A stretch of 64,000 nt of DNA from the human T2T-CHM13v2.0 reference genome, Homo sapiens, in NCBI RefSeq assembly GCF_009914755.1, contig NC_060928.1; one strand, given 5' to 3'. A model generated the notes under the pieces. That model was not told where the DNA came from. It did no database searches and saw only the letters and a list, made by a program, of their open reading frames with translations. Made by a program: the position numbers and the translations under genes. Shown here piece after piece: positions 41,246-55,099 of the stretch (position 1 is its first letter; each line of letters begins with the position of its first letter).

Positions 41246-43399
41246 ATAGGCAAAAGAGATCTAAATAGGAGGAAAATTTGAGTAATTAAGGAGGTAAAAG
41301 CTAGGAAGAAATGACTGGATCAAGAATTTCCATGAGGTCAAAGGCAAATATAAATTAGGTTTAGAGGTTAGACTAAAATGGAATTTAGAATTCCAGAAGT
41401 GGAACAGTTGTATGTAACAATAAGATAATAGGTGTGCCCATGGATATAGATTGCTGTCATCGGATGATAATTAGTGAAGTTAAGGATGTCAGGGAACTCT
41501 AAAGCCAGGTTGGTACATTATTAAAAGCCATGGGCCCTGACATCACACATGATGATTATAATGTGAAGAGACGAGACTGAGACTATAAAGAAAGACCAGG
41601 AGTGAGCTAACTTGAATGATACCAAGGAAGATGATATAATATGAAGGTAGGAGCCTCATGAGAGAGAAGAATTTTGCTTGAAAGATGAAAAGTAATAGTT
41701 TAGAAGGAATCACAATGTTTGATGATTGATAGTATTCCAACACCATTGCCAGACTCCATGGTAGATGAAATATGGGAAATAAAGTTCATTCATCTCAAGA
41801 AAGCTACCAGTAAAAAAGTGGCCTTGAACTTGGATAATACATACACCTTATCACCTGAATTATTCAAAGAATTGATGCCAAAGAAAATTTAAGAGTGTAA
41901 ATTATATAAGTGAATTTCAAATTTGGAAGGGATGTTGTGAGTATTCAGTTCAATCTCATACCACTGCAAGGGTACTCGTCCTCAAATTTTCATCTCAAGT
42001 TGCAGGTACATCCCTGGCCACAAAGTTTCTCTTGATTATATAACTATATGTTAGAGAATAGAATGAGAGAAAGAATGGTTGATGACACATTGTTCCAAGT
42101 ATGTTGGTTCAGCAGATTATTTTTAAATACACCCAATTTACACTCCCATTTTTTCCTTCAGATTCCAGTACAAAGGGACCTCTTTCTAAAGAAAGAGCTC
42201 TTGTAACTATAAATATCAGCTGACAAATTGCATACCGAATGCTTCAGCAAATAGGTCAGAATATCAGAGCTACCATTCCACAATTTGCAAAAGATAGTAA
42301 TAAATGTATTTTTACTACACATCATTTTACTCCTTACACTTTTGAAATATTATCATCGTCCTTCAGGAGATAAAGAAAGAAAAAATTGTACCTTTAAAAT
42401 GAGGCATGATGCCTTGATGTGTTCAATGTGCTCCCTGACCTTTCAGAAATCTAACCAGACCTGGAGCTATAAAGGGAATAACATCTCTTTGCATTGGGGA
42501 AAACTATTGACTTAGAACTAAGTGACTGAACAAAGTGCATTACTATCGTTACTCCCTCCCCCTTCTCTCTCTTCCATTAGAAACAAGGGGAAAAATGCTT
42601 AAAAGCAAAATGATCTGAAAAGTGCTCACTGCTGGGAGGAGAAGCTGCCCTGGATTTGGCAATTTGTCACCCTGACATTTACTGCCTGATGAACAGCCAC
42701 TCGCTAAATTTTGCAGAGAGCTAGGCTGAGTGAGACAGACCTCTCTGGCTATTAGATGGAGAGCTCATAAACACTGATATTCATAGGGATTGGATTTTTT
42801 TAATAATAAAAATAAGATCCTGATTAAGTACATGCAAATTATGTGGTAGAGAGGTATACCTGAGGCTATAAACACTTTTTTAGAATTACTAAGTGAGAAA
42901 GGTTCACAGTAAAAAAAACTTCCAGAAATAACAAAATTTGAGCAGCTCTCTTGACTATCCTTAAAGCACAGAGGGTTAATGTGATAAGGGAAATATCTCT
43001 GTTAATACACATTAATCACTTTCTGCAAAAGGTACGTTTTATTTTTCTGGAGTTAAAAAAATTAAATTACCCTAGAGGCAATATTTTTAAGAAATATATG
43101 GTTCTTAAATGAAGTAAAGTAGCTGAGATACACAAAGCCATACAACTTTACTTTTCTAAACCTGGACTTACCAGCCCCAACTTTTACTGCAAACAGAAAT
43201 ACTTAATTGTACCGTTTCAAGATAACTTAGTTCTTGTGGTTTACTTCTCTGGCTCTTTTGGTTAATTTCTCTTCGGTTCAGGGTTTTGTTTCTCCCCTAC
43301 TTTCAGGCAGCATCTGGATTTAACAGAAGCTTACATAGCATCCCAGCCCCAGTTGGTGGGTAAAGAGGGTGCGTGGGGTCTGTGTGCCCTCCTCTGTCC

Positions 43400-43838
43400 T
43401 GCTAAAGAAAAAAAATTATTCTCACACTTGTTAGAATAGTGAGGAAGACTTTATTCAAGACTATTGCAATAGAGATTTGCAATAAAGGAGAAAGATTGGG
43501 CTCAACTCTGAATATAGCAAGGACAAGTACTTACAGCCAATGGGCAGAGTGAAGGAGTCATTAGACAGAAAATTACTAAGAGGAGAGATCAAGAGTAGGG
43601 GGCTTCTTGCTAAGCTAACATAACAGAATTCTTACTCTGAAGTCAGTCCAAAGACTTATACATCAAAGGTGGGGGATAAAGAATTTGATCAGATATCAAG
43701 GGTGGGGAGATGACTTAGCAGGATCCCTCACTAAGACTGATCTAGGCAGACCAAAGACAGGATAGTGCTATGGTCAAGGCCTAGTCAAAAAGAGGGTTCA
43801 GAGGAGCCTAACTTTGGTCAAGGAGAGAGTCTTTGCCA
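43400..43838 (-). mobile_element. MER31A/B-like ERV1 solo LTR
   Basis: Reverse complement starts TGGCAAAGACTCTCTCCTTGACCAAAG; perfect 4-bp TSD GTCC at 43396-43399 and 43839-43842. Confidence 0.85.
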
Positions 43839-44594
43839 GTCCTTGCCAGTCTCCACTGAAGCACAGTTAATCCTGACTGGCCTTGGGCCTCAGTCATTTT
43901 CCTCTTAGCACATGATACTGAGGCCCTCATCCCACCTTGTCCTCCACATCTCAGTCCACTCATTAAAATTCTCTGTCTTTCTAATTCCACTGCTGAGGTC
44001 TTTCTTGACCAGCCACTTCTGCACCCTCCTTAGGGACTCAAGAATTCTAATCTGCATTTCCATACGATATTGGGATGCCTTGAACATATTCCACCTAGAC
44101 ATTTCTCATAGCTTCTGTTACTCTACCATGGGAAAGTCTTTGGGTTTATCTTCAAGACTAACATTCTTTCTGACTAATTTTGGAAGGCTAAACGTTGTCC
44201 ATTTTATTCAAAAATCCCCATAATTTACCAGGAGCTTCCATTCATCTAGACTAATAATAAAGAAGACATCAATCCCAATCTGCCAAGCTTTACCTCAGAT
44301 TTGAAGAAACTACTGGGAAAACCCATAGTGTAATTGAAGTAGAAAAAAAAAAAAGAAAGGGGAAAAAAGAGTGAATCTTCTCTTCTGTAATTTTTTTTTC
44401 AATTGACAACATTACCATCTAGAACTGGCAGACATTCCACATATATAGGATTGTCCTGAATTAAACTCTGCTGCCTCTTTTTAACACACGGGATATATAA
44501 TGTTACTTGATTCTGCAACCAGAAAGCAGTTTTCTGAATATGATACTTTCTATATATAATTTCAGTATATCCTCATCTGGTAAAGACAGACAGA

Positions 44595-44735
44595 ACTCTG
44601 AAGTGGAAAGAGCACTTGTCAAGATATCAGGAGATGACGGCTTTGTGAGTTCTGTCACTAACCAGTGTATGTTCTTGACCAAATAATTTTACCTCTCTCA
44701 ACCTTGGTTGCTCCATCCACCAAACGATAGCGATC
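44595..44735 (+). mobile_element. MIR fragment
   Basis: AGTGGAAAGAGCAC..TTCTGTCACTAACCAGTGTATG..TTACCTCTCT. Confidence 0.65.
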
Positions 44736-45120
44736 TGAATTCGTCAGCTTCTTTTCTATTATGACACTTGATTACTTCATCACCAGAAGCTGAGCTCCCA
44801 GCTTGAGTATGCAACATGTCTGGACATGTTTGGCTAATTACTGTGGCAGCCAGCCTGCTGGCCATTGCAGAATGACCCAGATGCTTCCTGAGAGAACTCA
44901 GGTTTAAGGAAGAGAAAACCAAACTCCAGGAGTCTGACAGCAACAAAGCCTTAGTTGACAGAAAGGTAGTTATTTTGGATGCATAAGTGTTTATTATTCT
45001 TATTTGCCTCCTAACTCCATGTCTAAGTTCAAGAAAAAGCAAATTAATTAATAAAAACCAAAAGACTGGGTTTGCTAAACAACTTTTAAAAATATAGGGT
45101 CAAAACTGTTTTGTACATAA

Positions 45121-47089
45121 TGAAAGAAATTATAGATGACACAAACAGAAAAACATTTCATGCTTATGAATCAGAATTAACAGTGTAAAAATGGCCATTG
45201 TGCCCAAAGCAATCTAAATATTCAGTGCATTATCATTATCAAAATGCCAATGTTGTTTTTCACAGAATTAGAAAAAAACATCCTAAAATTTATATGGAAC
45301 CAAAGAAGAGCCCAAATACAAAAAGAACAAAGCTGGAAGCATCACATTACCTGAATTGAAATTATATTATAAGACTGTAGTAACCAAAACAGCATGGTAC
45401 TGTTATAAAAATAGACACATAAATCAATAGAAAAGAATAGAGAACCCAAAAATAAAGGCACATATTTATAGCCAACTGATCTTTGATAAAGTCAACAAGA
45501 AGACACATTAGGGAAAGGACACTCTTTTCAATAAATGGTGCTGGGAAAATTGGATAGCCACATGCAAAAGAATTAAACTGGACTCCTATCTCTTACAATA
45601 TACAAAAATCAACTCAAGATGAATTAACAACTAAAACATAAAACCCCAAACTATAAAAATACTAGAAGAAAACCTAGTGAAAACTCTCCTGGACATTGAT
45701 CTAGTCAAAGAACTTGTAACCAAGACCTCAAAAACACACACAACAGCAGCAAAAATAGACAAATGAGACAAATTAAAATGTTTCTGTGTGACAAAAAATA
45801 ATAATAACGATCAATAGACTGAACTGATAACCTTCAGAATAAGAGAAAATATTTACAAACTATTCATCTGATGAAGGATTAATATACAGAATATATAAGG
45901 AACTCAAACAACTCCAAAAAATCACCCCACAAATAATCCTATTAAAAAGTGGGCAAAGAGGCCAAGCATAATGGTTCATGCCCGCAATCCCAGCACTTCA
46001 GAAGGCTGAGGTGGGAGGACTGCTTAAGCCCAGGAGTGTGAGACCATCCTGGGCAACACAGCAAGACCACCCACCTTCCCCCCATCTCTGCAAAAAATAA
46101 AAAACTAAGCGGGCATGGTGGTGCACACTATAGTCCCAGCTATTCAGGAGGCTGAGGTTGGAGGATCATTTGAGCCTGGGAAGTTGAGGCTGCAGTGAGC
46201 CATGATTGTGTCACTGTACTCCTGTACTCCAGCCTGGGCAACAGAGTGAGACCCTGTCTCAAAAACAAACAAACAAACAAAAAAGGTGAGCAAAGAATGT
46301 GAATAGAAATTTTTTAAAAGAAGACATACAAATGGCCAACAGGTATACGAAAAAACGCTCAACATCACTAATCATCACAGAAATGCAAATTAAGTCAGAA
46401 TGGCTATTAATAAAAAGTCAAGAAATAAGAATCACTGATGAGGATGCAGAGAAAAGGGAATTCCTATACACTGTTGTTAGGAATGTAAATTAGTGCAACC
46501 TGTATGGGAAACAGTATGCAGACTTCTCAAAGAGCTAAAAATAGAACTACCATTTGATCTACCAATCTCACTACTGGGTATCTACCCAAAAGAAAAGAAA
46601 TCAGTATAACAAAAAGATTCTTGTACTCACATTTATCACAGCACTATTCACAACAGCAGTCATGGAATCAACATAAGTATCCATCAACATATAATTGGAT
46701 AAAGAAAATATGGTGTGTATACATAATGGAATACTATTTGGCCATATAAAGAATAAAATTGTGTTTTTTGTAGCAACATGGATGGAACTGAAAGTCATTA
46801 TTTTAAGGGAAACAAGTTATACAGAGAAAGTCAAATATCACATGTTCTCATAAGTGGGAGATAAAAAAATGTATACACATAGACAGAGAGAGTAGAAAGA
46901 TAGACAACAGAGACTTGAAAAGATGAGGGAATACCAGGAGGATGGATGAGGAGAAATTACCTAATGAGTACAATGTACATTATTTAGGTGAAAGATACCT
47001 GAAAAGCCCTGACTTGACCATTGTACAATCTATGCATGTAACACAATTTAATTTGTACCCATAAATCTAGATTTTTTTTTTTAAAAAAA
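45121..47089 (+). mobile_element. 5'-truncated L1MA1/L1PB4-like LINE, interrupted by AluJ
   Basis: ORF2 3' region (AAAACAGCATGGTACTG, AATAAATGGTGCTGGGAAAA) and 3'UTR GAGAAATTACCTAATGAGTACAATGTAC..AAAAGCCCTGACTTGACC. Confidence 0.9.
45960..46280 (+). mobile_element. AluJ within L1
   Basis: GAGGCTGCAGTGAGCCATGATTGTG; TSD AAAAAGTGGGCAAAGA (45944-45959) / AAAAGGTGAGCAAAGA (46281-46296). Confidence 0.92.
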
Positions 47090-49662
47090 CAGTATTTTGT
47101 GATCCTTCTAACAAACTCTGATGCAAAAGGAGAGAGGGCATTTCTTCACTTTGCCTCAGTCATAGCAGAATCCTGGCATCAAAAGGCCTCCTATGTTTTT
47201 GCATTGGTCATTGATGGAGGCCCAAAATTACACACAAAGAAGTTGGGATGCCCACAGAGCAATAGTTGTACCAAGTAAGACAAGGCAATATCCAGTAAAC
47301 GGCCACCAGAATTTGGCAGTATGTGGTCTCAGCACAGTAGTTTTGATGAGATATCTCTGATAGAGAAGTGAGGGTGTGGTAGGTCTAATGGGATTGTCCT
47401 GTGTTCCCAAGGTTTTAGGGTGAAAAAGCATGGGTGTTTCCTGAGGATTATGCATGAGAAAGCTGGTGTGAAGCTTCTAAGATGCTGTCTAAGAAAACAC
47501 CTGAAGGTCCGAGGGGACCTCAGCAGAAGGAACCTAGAAAGGTTCCACTGGTTGCTTGGGGATAAAGGAAGGAGTCATAACAATCAGATGGAATCAGTGC
47601 CTTCCCTTGTGCCAAATGGACTTCAGGCAAAAAATCCTAGTAAGAGGATCATTTAATTCTTCTCTCTCCTCACTTGGTTTGGACATATTAAGTCTTGAAT
47701 TGAAACTGCATTTTGGAACCATGCAGGGTAACCAAAAAGAGCTACCCCTACATACAGACGTCAAAGTGGGCTTGGTGAGGTGCACAGGAGGTAAAGTTGT
47801 TTTCTCATCACACTCCATGAGTCCTTCTTGGCCAACATAATCATTATATTTTCATGAAGTCTTTATATTCTCTTGATCATTTAATGAAGGTGTTCCCTGT
47901 GGGTTAAATGTTTCTGAAGTCAGGACACACACCTTGCAATTAATACATACATTTAACGTTATGGAAATAGTGTGGCTTTTTTCTTTCTAAAAATGAGTTA
48001 TTAAGTTGATAGTGAGCCTTGGAATAAAAGAAATATGATAATACAGAGAAGACACTACAGTCCATTAGCACTTCATCCCCATCACCAACTCAGAAACTGC
48101 ATGGGTCATATTTGTATAATAAAACATGACAGCCTGATCAGGAAGCAGTAGCCTTGCAGCCCCTATGTAGGCTACCCCCACTTTTCTAAAATCCTAACTG
48201 CTGCCTTAGCAGGTACACAGTCATGAGATGAAGTGACAAACTTGTGATTGGCCAAACTGTCCAGCAGAATAGGCTTGAGGGCCTGGCAGATTCCCTAATC
48301 TGCATCACTGATTTTGGCAGCATCGCTGTCAGGGAACCCAAATGTCAGCACCAGCCTCATGTCCCCAGGCTCAGGGAACAGGGCAGGACAGAGTAGCAGA
48401 GAATGTCTGGGGCATGGAGATTTCTTCAAAACAGAGGTATAGATTGTCAGTGACAGATGGCCAGAAAGCTAACTGAACAGATCAGCTTTATTAAATTTTG
48501 AGAGCAACAAACGATTAAAATTTATTTCACAGCTATTTAAATTCCTAAAGAAATTCTTTTTCTGGATGAGGTAAACGGTGATGGCAAAGCATGCTGTTTT
48601 ATGTCCCTTCCCCTGCATGTGTGCCTCTCTCCAGTCGAGCCAAGTATCTCTTTCCTCTTGGATTGAGTCTCTCTGAGAAATTGATGAGCCAGAGGCCAAG
48701 GTTTCTTTCTCTCCATCTGCTCCACCCGGCCTGAGTGCCTTTCTCTGACACTAGGCCTCTGTCAGAGACATCCCTTCTACTTTGACAAATATGATGTCTC
48801 TAACTTTGAATTCAGGCTGAAAGGATTGGTTCTCAGTCCTTTCTCTGCAGGAATTTCACCAGGACGCTTTGCAAATTTGCCAATACCCTGCCCAGAAAAC
48901 TTCTATATATCAATGAATTTTGTGACAACAGGGATAATACTTTAAATGAGTTAAATTCATTTGGACTTTGCTCCACCCAGAAAGCATGTTTCTGGTAACC
49001 ATTCTACCATTATACTTTTGGGGAAGGGTGGGGGCATTGCATTCCACTATGAAAATGAATCCAATAATGTGAAGGAAATCCCTCTATGAATAGGAATAAG
49101 GATGAGAAGGGATGTAAGAGAAAATCTGCTCAGTCCCAGCCCAGGAATATCTGTGAATGAGAATGAACAGAGAGGAACAGAAGCAGGAGTCAGCCCAGCA
49201 TGTCTTGTGGAGACCCTGCACTGTCGCAGGCAGAAAATCTCTCTGTTACAGCATATAAGTTAAAAGAGGTGAAGGTTAAAGAATTTTTGTGCCATGTACT
49301 GTTTGAAATTCTGAAGGAGACCAAAGTGCAGTTTAGCCCCATGGTAACAGTAACATGATACCAAAAAAGCACACTGAAAATGATAGCACAGCATTTTTAA
49401 AGAGATAAACTGTCTAAGCCAGCATGCCCAAGTGTTTGGTTCTCATGTAGAAGAGAGGACTAAGACAAAACTCAGCAGTCCTGCTGCACAAAACAACCTG
49501 AGGGCCATAGTTGAATGGAGGTGCAACTCTCCTGGCCACAACCTCTCCATCCAAGAAACCAGTGACAATAGCTTTCTAACCTGAGTTCCCTGCATTGCCT
49601 AAATTATTCATCCACCAAAGGTGCCATTTACAATGGAAGACTAATAAGCCACACAAGACTAA

Positions 49663-49988
<326 letters not shown>

Positions 49989-50424
49989 AATTTCTTACTT
50001 AATCTTTCCAACAGGAGACAGGGTAGCTAGTCCTCCTGGGCAGAGTTATCACAATATTAGTCTTTTGTGACTCTTTCTGCTCCCCATCAATGGGAAGAAT
50101 GAGGAAGGGAATGGGCAGAAAGAAGACTTACAGACATCTGCAGTTTGGGGGTTTTGGGGAAAAGAAGCAAGTCAGTTTTTAAAGATCATGATGGATTTAG
50201 GCACATACACCTAAGTGTTAGCTCTCATTCCTTCTGATCCAACATAGAAAATAAAGAAGTTCTATTTTTATTTTACACATCTGAATGGTAGAGCAAAAAT
50301 GCTTTATGATTTCATTTTACAACTGCTGAGAAAAACAAAATGAGCTCTGCATAACCAAAACTCCTACCACAACTAGATTAGTTATTATTATTATTATTAT
50401 TATTCATTTATTACTGGTTTTCCG

Positions 50425-50462
50425 TGTCAAGGAATGGTCATTCTTGTCAAGGAATGGTCATT
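50425..50462. repeat. 18-bp direct repeat (period 20), next to (ATT)n at 50382-50404
   Basis: TGTCAAGGAATGGTCATT at 50425 and 50445. Confidence 0.9.
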
Positions 50463-50464
50463 AG

Positions 50465-50800
50465 CATGTTTATTAACTGAGATGAAAAATTTAAGAGAAA
50501 GATCAGATCTGGGACAAGAAAGAAAGATCATGAGAAAGATCAAAGTATTGAGTCCAGGGTTCATTCTTGTCATGATTTTATGCCTGCAATTCATATGAAA
50601 TTAGAACTGGTAACATTAATTAGTAAAATTATCTGCATAAGGACCATCGTTGAAACTGTGGAACTGAATGAGATTGGCCTCAAGAAAAGGTAAAAAGAAA
50701 AGATAATCTTGTGGGACACATTAATTTCAAGGGCAAATGGCTGAAGATGAATAAGAAAGAGAAAAGTCAGTGAGGTGACCACCCCAGGAGCTATAGACAC
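50465..50800 (-). mobile_element. L2 fragment
   Basis: TTTATTAACTGAGATG..GTTGAAACTGTGGAACTGAATGAGATTG. Confidence 0.55.
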
Positions 50801-51053
50801 CAATAGAGAGCATAAGAATAGCTCTACATTGAAACTTTTTATAGCTCATTTCCTATCTTTTTAGGATACAGAAGAGAGAATGAAGTTAGAGCATTTGCTG
50901 AAATGGAGGGATATAATGTTGCTTTTGAAAACTGGATGAGAAAAGTTTTACAAATACTATTATTTAATAGATGAGAATGAAAGAATTGAGCTGTGGGAAG
51001 GATGAAGCTGAAATTATAGCTGGAGCTATAGGAGATCAAATGAGAATGATTCT

Positions 51054-51498
51054 TGTGGACTCCCCTAAAAGACAACAGGAAAATGTAGCAAGCAAAACTA
51101 AGTTTATTAGACTTTCTTCAGTGACAGAGAAGAGCCCCTTGATAGAGTCTTAGTAGCATCCTGGAAGAAGGAAATCAGAAGGGGATATGTATAGGCTTTA
51201 AGATCTGACTTTGTGGTTTTTAGGCAGGTCTTGCAAGGCAGGTCACTGGTTGGGATTATGGAGCATTATGACCCAGCAGCTTTAGAATAATGTGCACAGT
51301 AAGGCAAGGGTCTCAAAGCAAATCTTGATGATCAAGCTGTTAGTTTAATTGATTCAGAGTCTTATTTTGAGGAGTAAATATTTGCTGTGACAAGAAGCTA
51401 AGTTATTCTTGTTCTCGGCATTATTTAACATGAAACAGGAAAGCCTACGGTTATTATTTAGCGTAGGGACAGGAGATTGTTTTACTTTCAGTTCTCAT
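51054..51498 (-). mobile_element. Probable old solo LTR (family uncertain)
   Basis: TG..CA bounded unit of about 445 bp with TTTATT (AATAAA on minus) near its left end, inside L2-like sequence. Confidence 0.45.
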
Positions 51499-52789
51499 TT
51501 TATAATTTTCTCTGGGGATAGTAAGAAAGGAGCCAGAGGAAAAGGGAAATGTGGGGATTATCTAGCATTAATAATTGACAAGCTGTATAAGATAATGGTG
51601 AAAGAGGGAACAGTCAAGCCAGATCCAGAGGACATAGTTGAAATAGTGGATCGCAGGGTAGTAAAGCAGGAGGGGAGGCTGATAACATGTAGCTTCAGTG
51701 AAAGAAAGGATTTGAAAATATTAAATAATAGAAGATTAGGCTGAGAAAGGACAACAATATTTTAATATATAAAGTGAAAAATGATTTATTATACTTTTTG
51801 CTAATTACAAATAATAGATTCACTTAATTATATGAATATTTATACAGTAAGCTAAAATAAAACATTCAGCCTTTCCCCCAATTTTTTGACAGGTAAATTC
51901 GTCCTCATATTTTAAAACCAGTTCAGATCTCATCTCTGGGAAGCTTTCCTGACTTTCTGAAGTACCTTCTCTGACTCCCACAGCACATAGCATGGTCTAA
52001 GATCTCTACAGTGATTCCCAGCACCATATATAGTTCACATATGTAAGGGAGGGGAAAACTACATCACTATTTAAAACCAACACTGACTGCAGCCACTTCA
52101 GCCCCTAAGGAAGTGTAAAATTTTTTGCATAGAGTAGAAAGCCTTCTACTTAACAAAATTGGTTCCTAGTCCATTGTGGCTGTAAAAGGAGAGACCTCCA
52201 GAGTATGATTTGGAATGGTTCAGTGAAACAAAGAATAAAATTGCCTTGCATTCAAAATGAGAAAGAATTAAGGGAATTGGAAGCAAATTCCAAATACAAG
52301 GACACTGTAGAGGGAGCAAAGGATCAGACAACACCCACATATGGGAGGTCATTAGCGCAAAATCGGCCAGCTCCTGATAGTAGAATTGACCTAAGAAATT
52401 CTAAAAAGAGAGTAACACTCAAGTTTAATTATTTTCCATGTGTCCTTTGTCATCACATCACCTGAAACCTTTAATAATGCACACTACATGCATTAATGCC
52501 TTATGTTTCATAGGAAATCAAGAAAAGGGGACTGAATTCCACATACGGTCTGTGCATGGCATAGAAAATAGGATAGCCACGGAAGGCGAAAAACAAGTAA
52601 AATCAATTGTAGAATGAGGTGACCATGAGACTATAAGACCATAGAGTGTGAAACAACAACAAAACCTTGCCAAGGGCCATGGGCTTCCTCTGGGATAAGC
52701 AATAAGTATCTGAACAATGTTTCTTAAATGTCCAAGGAAAGGAGTTGTCAGGTACCATCTGGTGTCCACCAGCTGACCTTGTGTTCCCC

Positions 52790-52915
52790 ATTACAAGAGT
52801 GAGTCCTTCAGGGTAGGGAAATGTATCTTAAACATCATTGCACCCTCAGTGCCTAGCAGAGTGTATGACATATAGTAAGTAGTCAATAAGTACTTGTTAA
52901 ATAAATGGATAAATA
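52790..52915 (+). mobile_element. L2 3' end
   Basis: CAGTGCCTAGCAGAGTG..CATATAGTAAGTAGTCAATAAGTACTTGTTAAATAAATG. Confidence 0.8.
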
Positions 52916-54570
52916 TATAAAGAAATCAATTCATTTTTATTAGGGCAAGATGAGATAGTGTCTTGGTGGTATAAGAAAAGTATCAAAATGAAAAAATGAA
53001 TGTGGAAACAGGAGAGCAGTAAATTCATATTCAAAGACCTATAATAGGAAAAGGACTCGTATATTTACATGTCATGTTCTGCTCTTAGAAAGTATGAGTA
53101 ATAAAACTGGAAGTGTAACACTGCAGTTATTAAAAAGAGAAGGTAAAATATAGGGGAACATGAAGTCCTCATGAAAGACTATAGAGATGTGCAAAGACTA
53201 TAGAAAAAAATAACGATCAGGTTGACAAGCTTAGCCTCAACATTACAGTGTTACTTTGGTGATAATTTCTTATATCATCTCTGTGAGAAGACAGCAGCAA
53301 CACTTATACAAACCAGAAATCAGAGGCCAAAAAAAAAAAAAAGAATTGAATTAAGTCTATGACATTCTCAAAGCCCAATTTCCTATTCCACACTGGCAGT
53401 GAGGAAACCAAGACCTCAAAGGAAAGACCACCCCCCAGAATAAGGAGATTCTCTGCCAACCTCCCTGGAATTATAAAGCCCTGTGGAAATCTTATTTCGC
53501 TACCCATCTCTCTGCTGAAAGAACCACACCTTTCCTACACTTGCTATTATTTCGAATAATAACCTTTTGGAATTTTTAGATAATCCTGGAGGCATTTGAG
53601 AAAGTTGAGAATCACTATCTTTGTGGTAAATTGTGATTTAAAAATAATGTATTGCAACTTGAATTTCACATGCCTAAGTCATTTTTTCCAAAATGGTGGA
53701 AAAAGTACCATTCTGATAGATCTAAAGCAATAAACTTGGCTTCGAATAATTAGATTTACAGGTCATATTTATAATATTAAGGCATTCTTCCATACTAAAG
53801 CTGAAAAATGAAGGGTATGGCACTTTTTTTTTTTTTATAAAATCAAGGCAAGGGGACTAAATTCAATATGATAGAAAGTGTTGCCAACAGGATTGAGGGG
53901 GTGGTGTGAGGATTACTTCAAGCCGTAAAATTACTCCATATAAATATGTAACTTTGGTACTAGCTTTCTTTACATTGTAGGAGAAAACAGACTAAATTTA
54001 AAATTCAGCAACTATTTATTGGGATTTTGTTTTTATTGCTAGGAGTTGATATAGCATACACAATATATAAAAGCCTGTCATACAGACTAGCTTATGATCA
54101 GGCCAGAATAATTATCATAATATTTAATGGGAAAATACAAATCTTTATTCTATTCTCCTAGAAAAACCAACAGTGCTCCCACTTCTCATTTTTGAAAAAG
54201 AATTTATAATATTTGACACCAAATGATTCTTGCAAAGTGCTTTTAGAACCTAGGTAAGAAGATTGCTCTCAGATACAAAGCACTGAACCTTTTTTTCTTT
54301 CTTTACTTGTAAAAAATAAAGACTCCATCTAGCCCATCAAGTCATTTTACAAAGCCAAACAAATCACTTTTTTTTCTCTCCTTTATATTTTTCAGAAGAT
54401 TTCTAGGCAATTTTCCAAAACCATTTTTCCTTTATTTTAAACAAAAGAACCTTTCCTCACTATCCCCTCACAGTTACCTTTCATGTCTGAAACTCATTTT
54501 ATATTTTACTACCTTTATAGGCATTGTTATAGATATTCTAAAACAAAGCTAAGTCACAATGATTAGAAAC

Positions 54571-55058
54571 TGTAGAGATAAATGACTGCTGAAATAAGAA
54601 CAGAGGCAATTTATTTAGAATTTGCTGTAGCAAGGAAGTCAGCCACCATCACTTCCATTTAGCAGAAATTCAAAACCAGACAAAGAAGTGGGAAAGTGAA
54701 CAAATAAGAAGGCTTTTTAATAGTGAATAAAAAAGAAGGCTTCAAGTATGATCTGATTGTAGACTCTTGCACTGGGAAGCTGGAAGACGGATAACTAAAA
54801 TAAGGATATTATATGTATGATATGCATCATATGGCTTAGAGAATATACAGTGTTTGGCTTTCTCTGGTTGCTCCTGAGTTGGAAGCAAAGGCAAACATAG
54901 GGAAGCTAGCAATGATTAACCACGTCCTAATCATTGCAGGACAGTTGCTGCACAGCTGTGGCTTAGTTTCCCCGGCTGTTTGCTGCAGAGATTGTGGGTC
55001 AGAGTTCTATTGTGATATGATGATCTGGCCACCACCTAACTTTATAGTCAGTTTCTCA
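54571..55058 (-). mobile_element. ERV1 LTR (MER90-like), 3' LTR of the provirus
   Basis: TG..CA termini; homologous to 61212-61636; on the minus strand preceded by purine-rich AAAATGAAGAC (PPT-like) and env. Confidence 0.8.
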
Positions 55059-55099
55059 GTCTTCATTTTTGGTCAGTATCTCACTTGTAAAAGGTTGAT

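Noticed and set aside
43285-43365. Candidate exon 43307-43359 (polypyrimidine tract + CAG, donor GG/GTAAAG)
   Set aside because: Such signals are frequent by chance; no coding or transcript support is available from sequence alone
48830-48920. Strong splice acceptor TTCTCAGTCCTTTTCTCTGCAG/G
   Set aside because: No convincing downstream donor or reading frame; a lncRNA exon cannot be excluded but is unsupported
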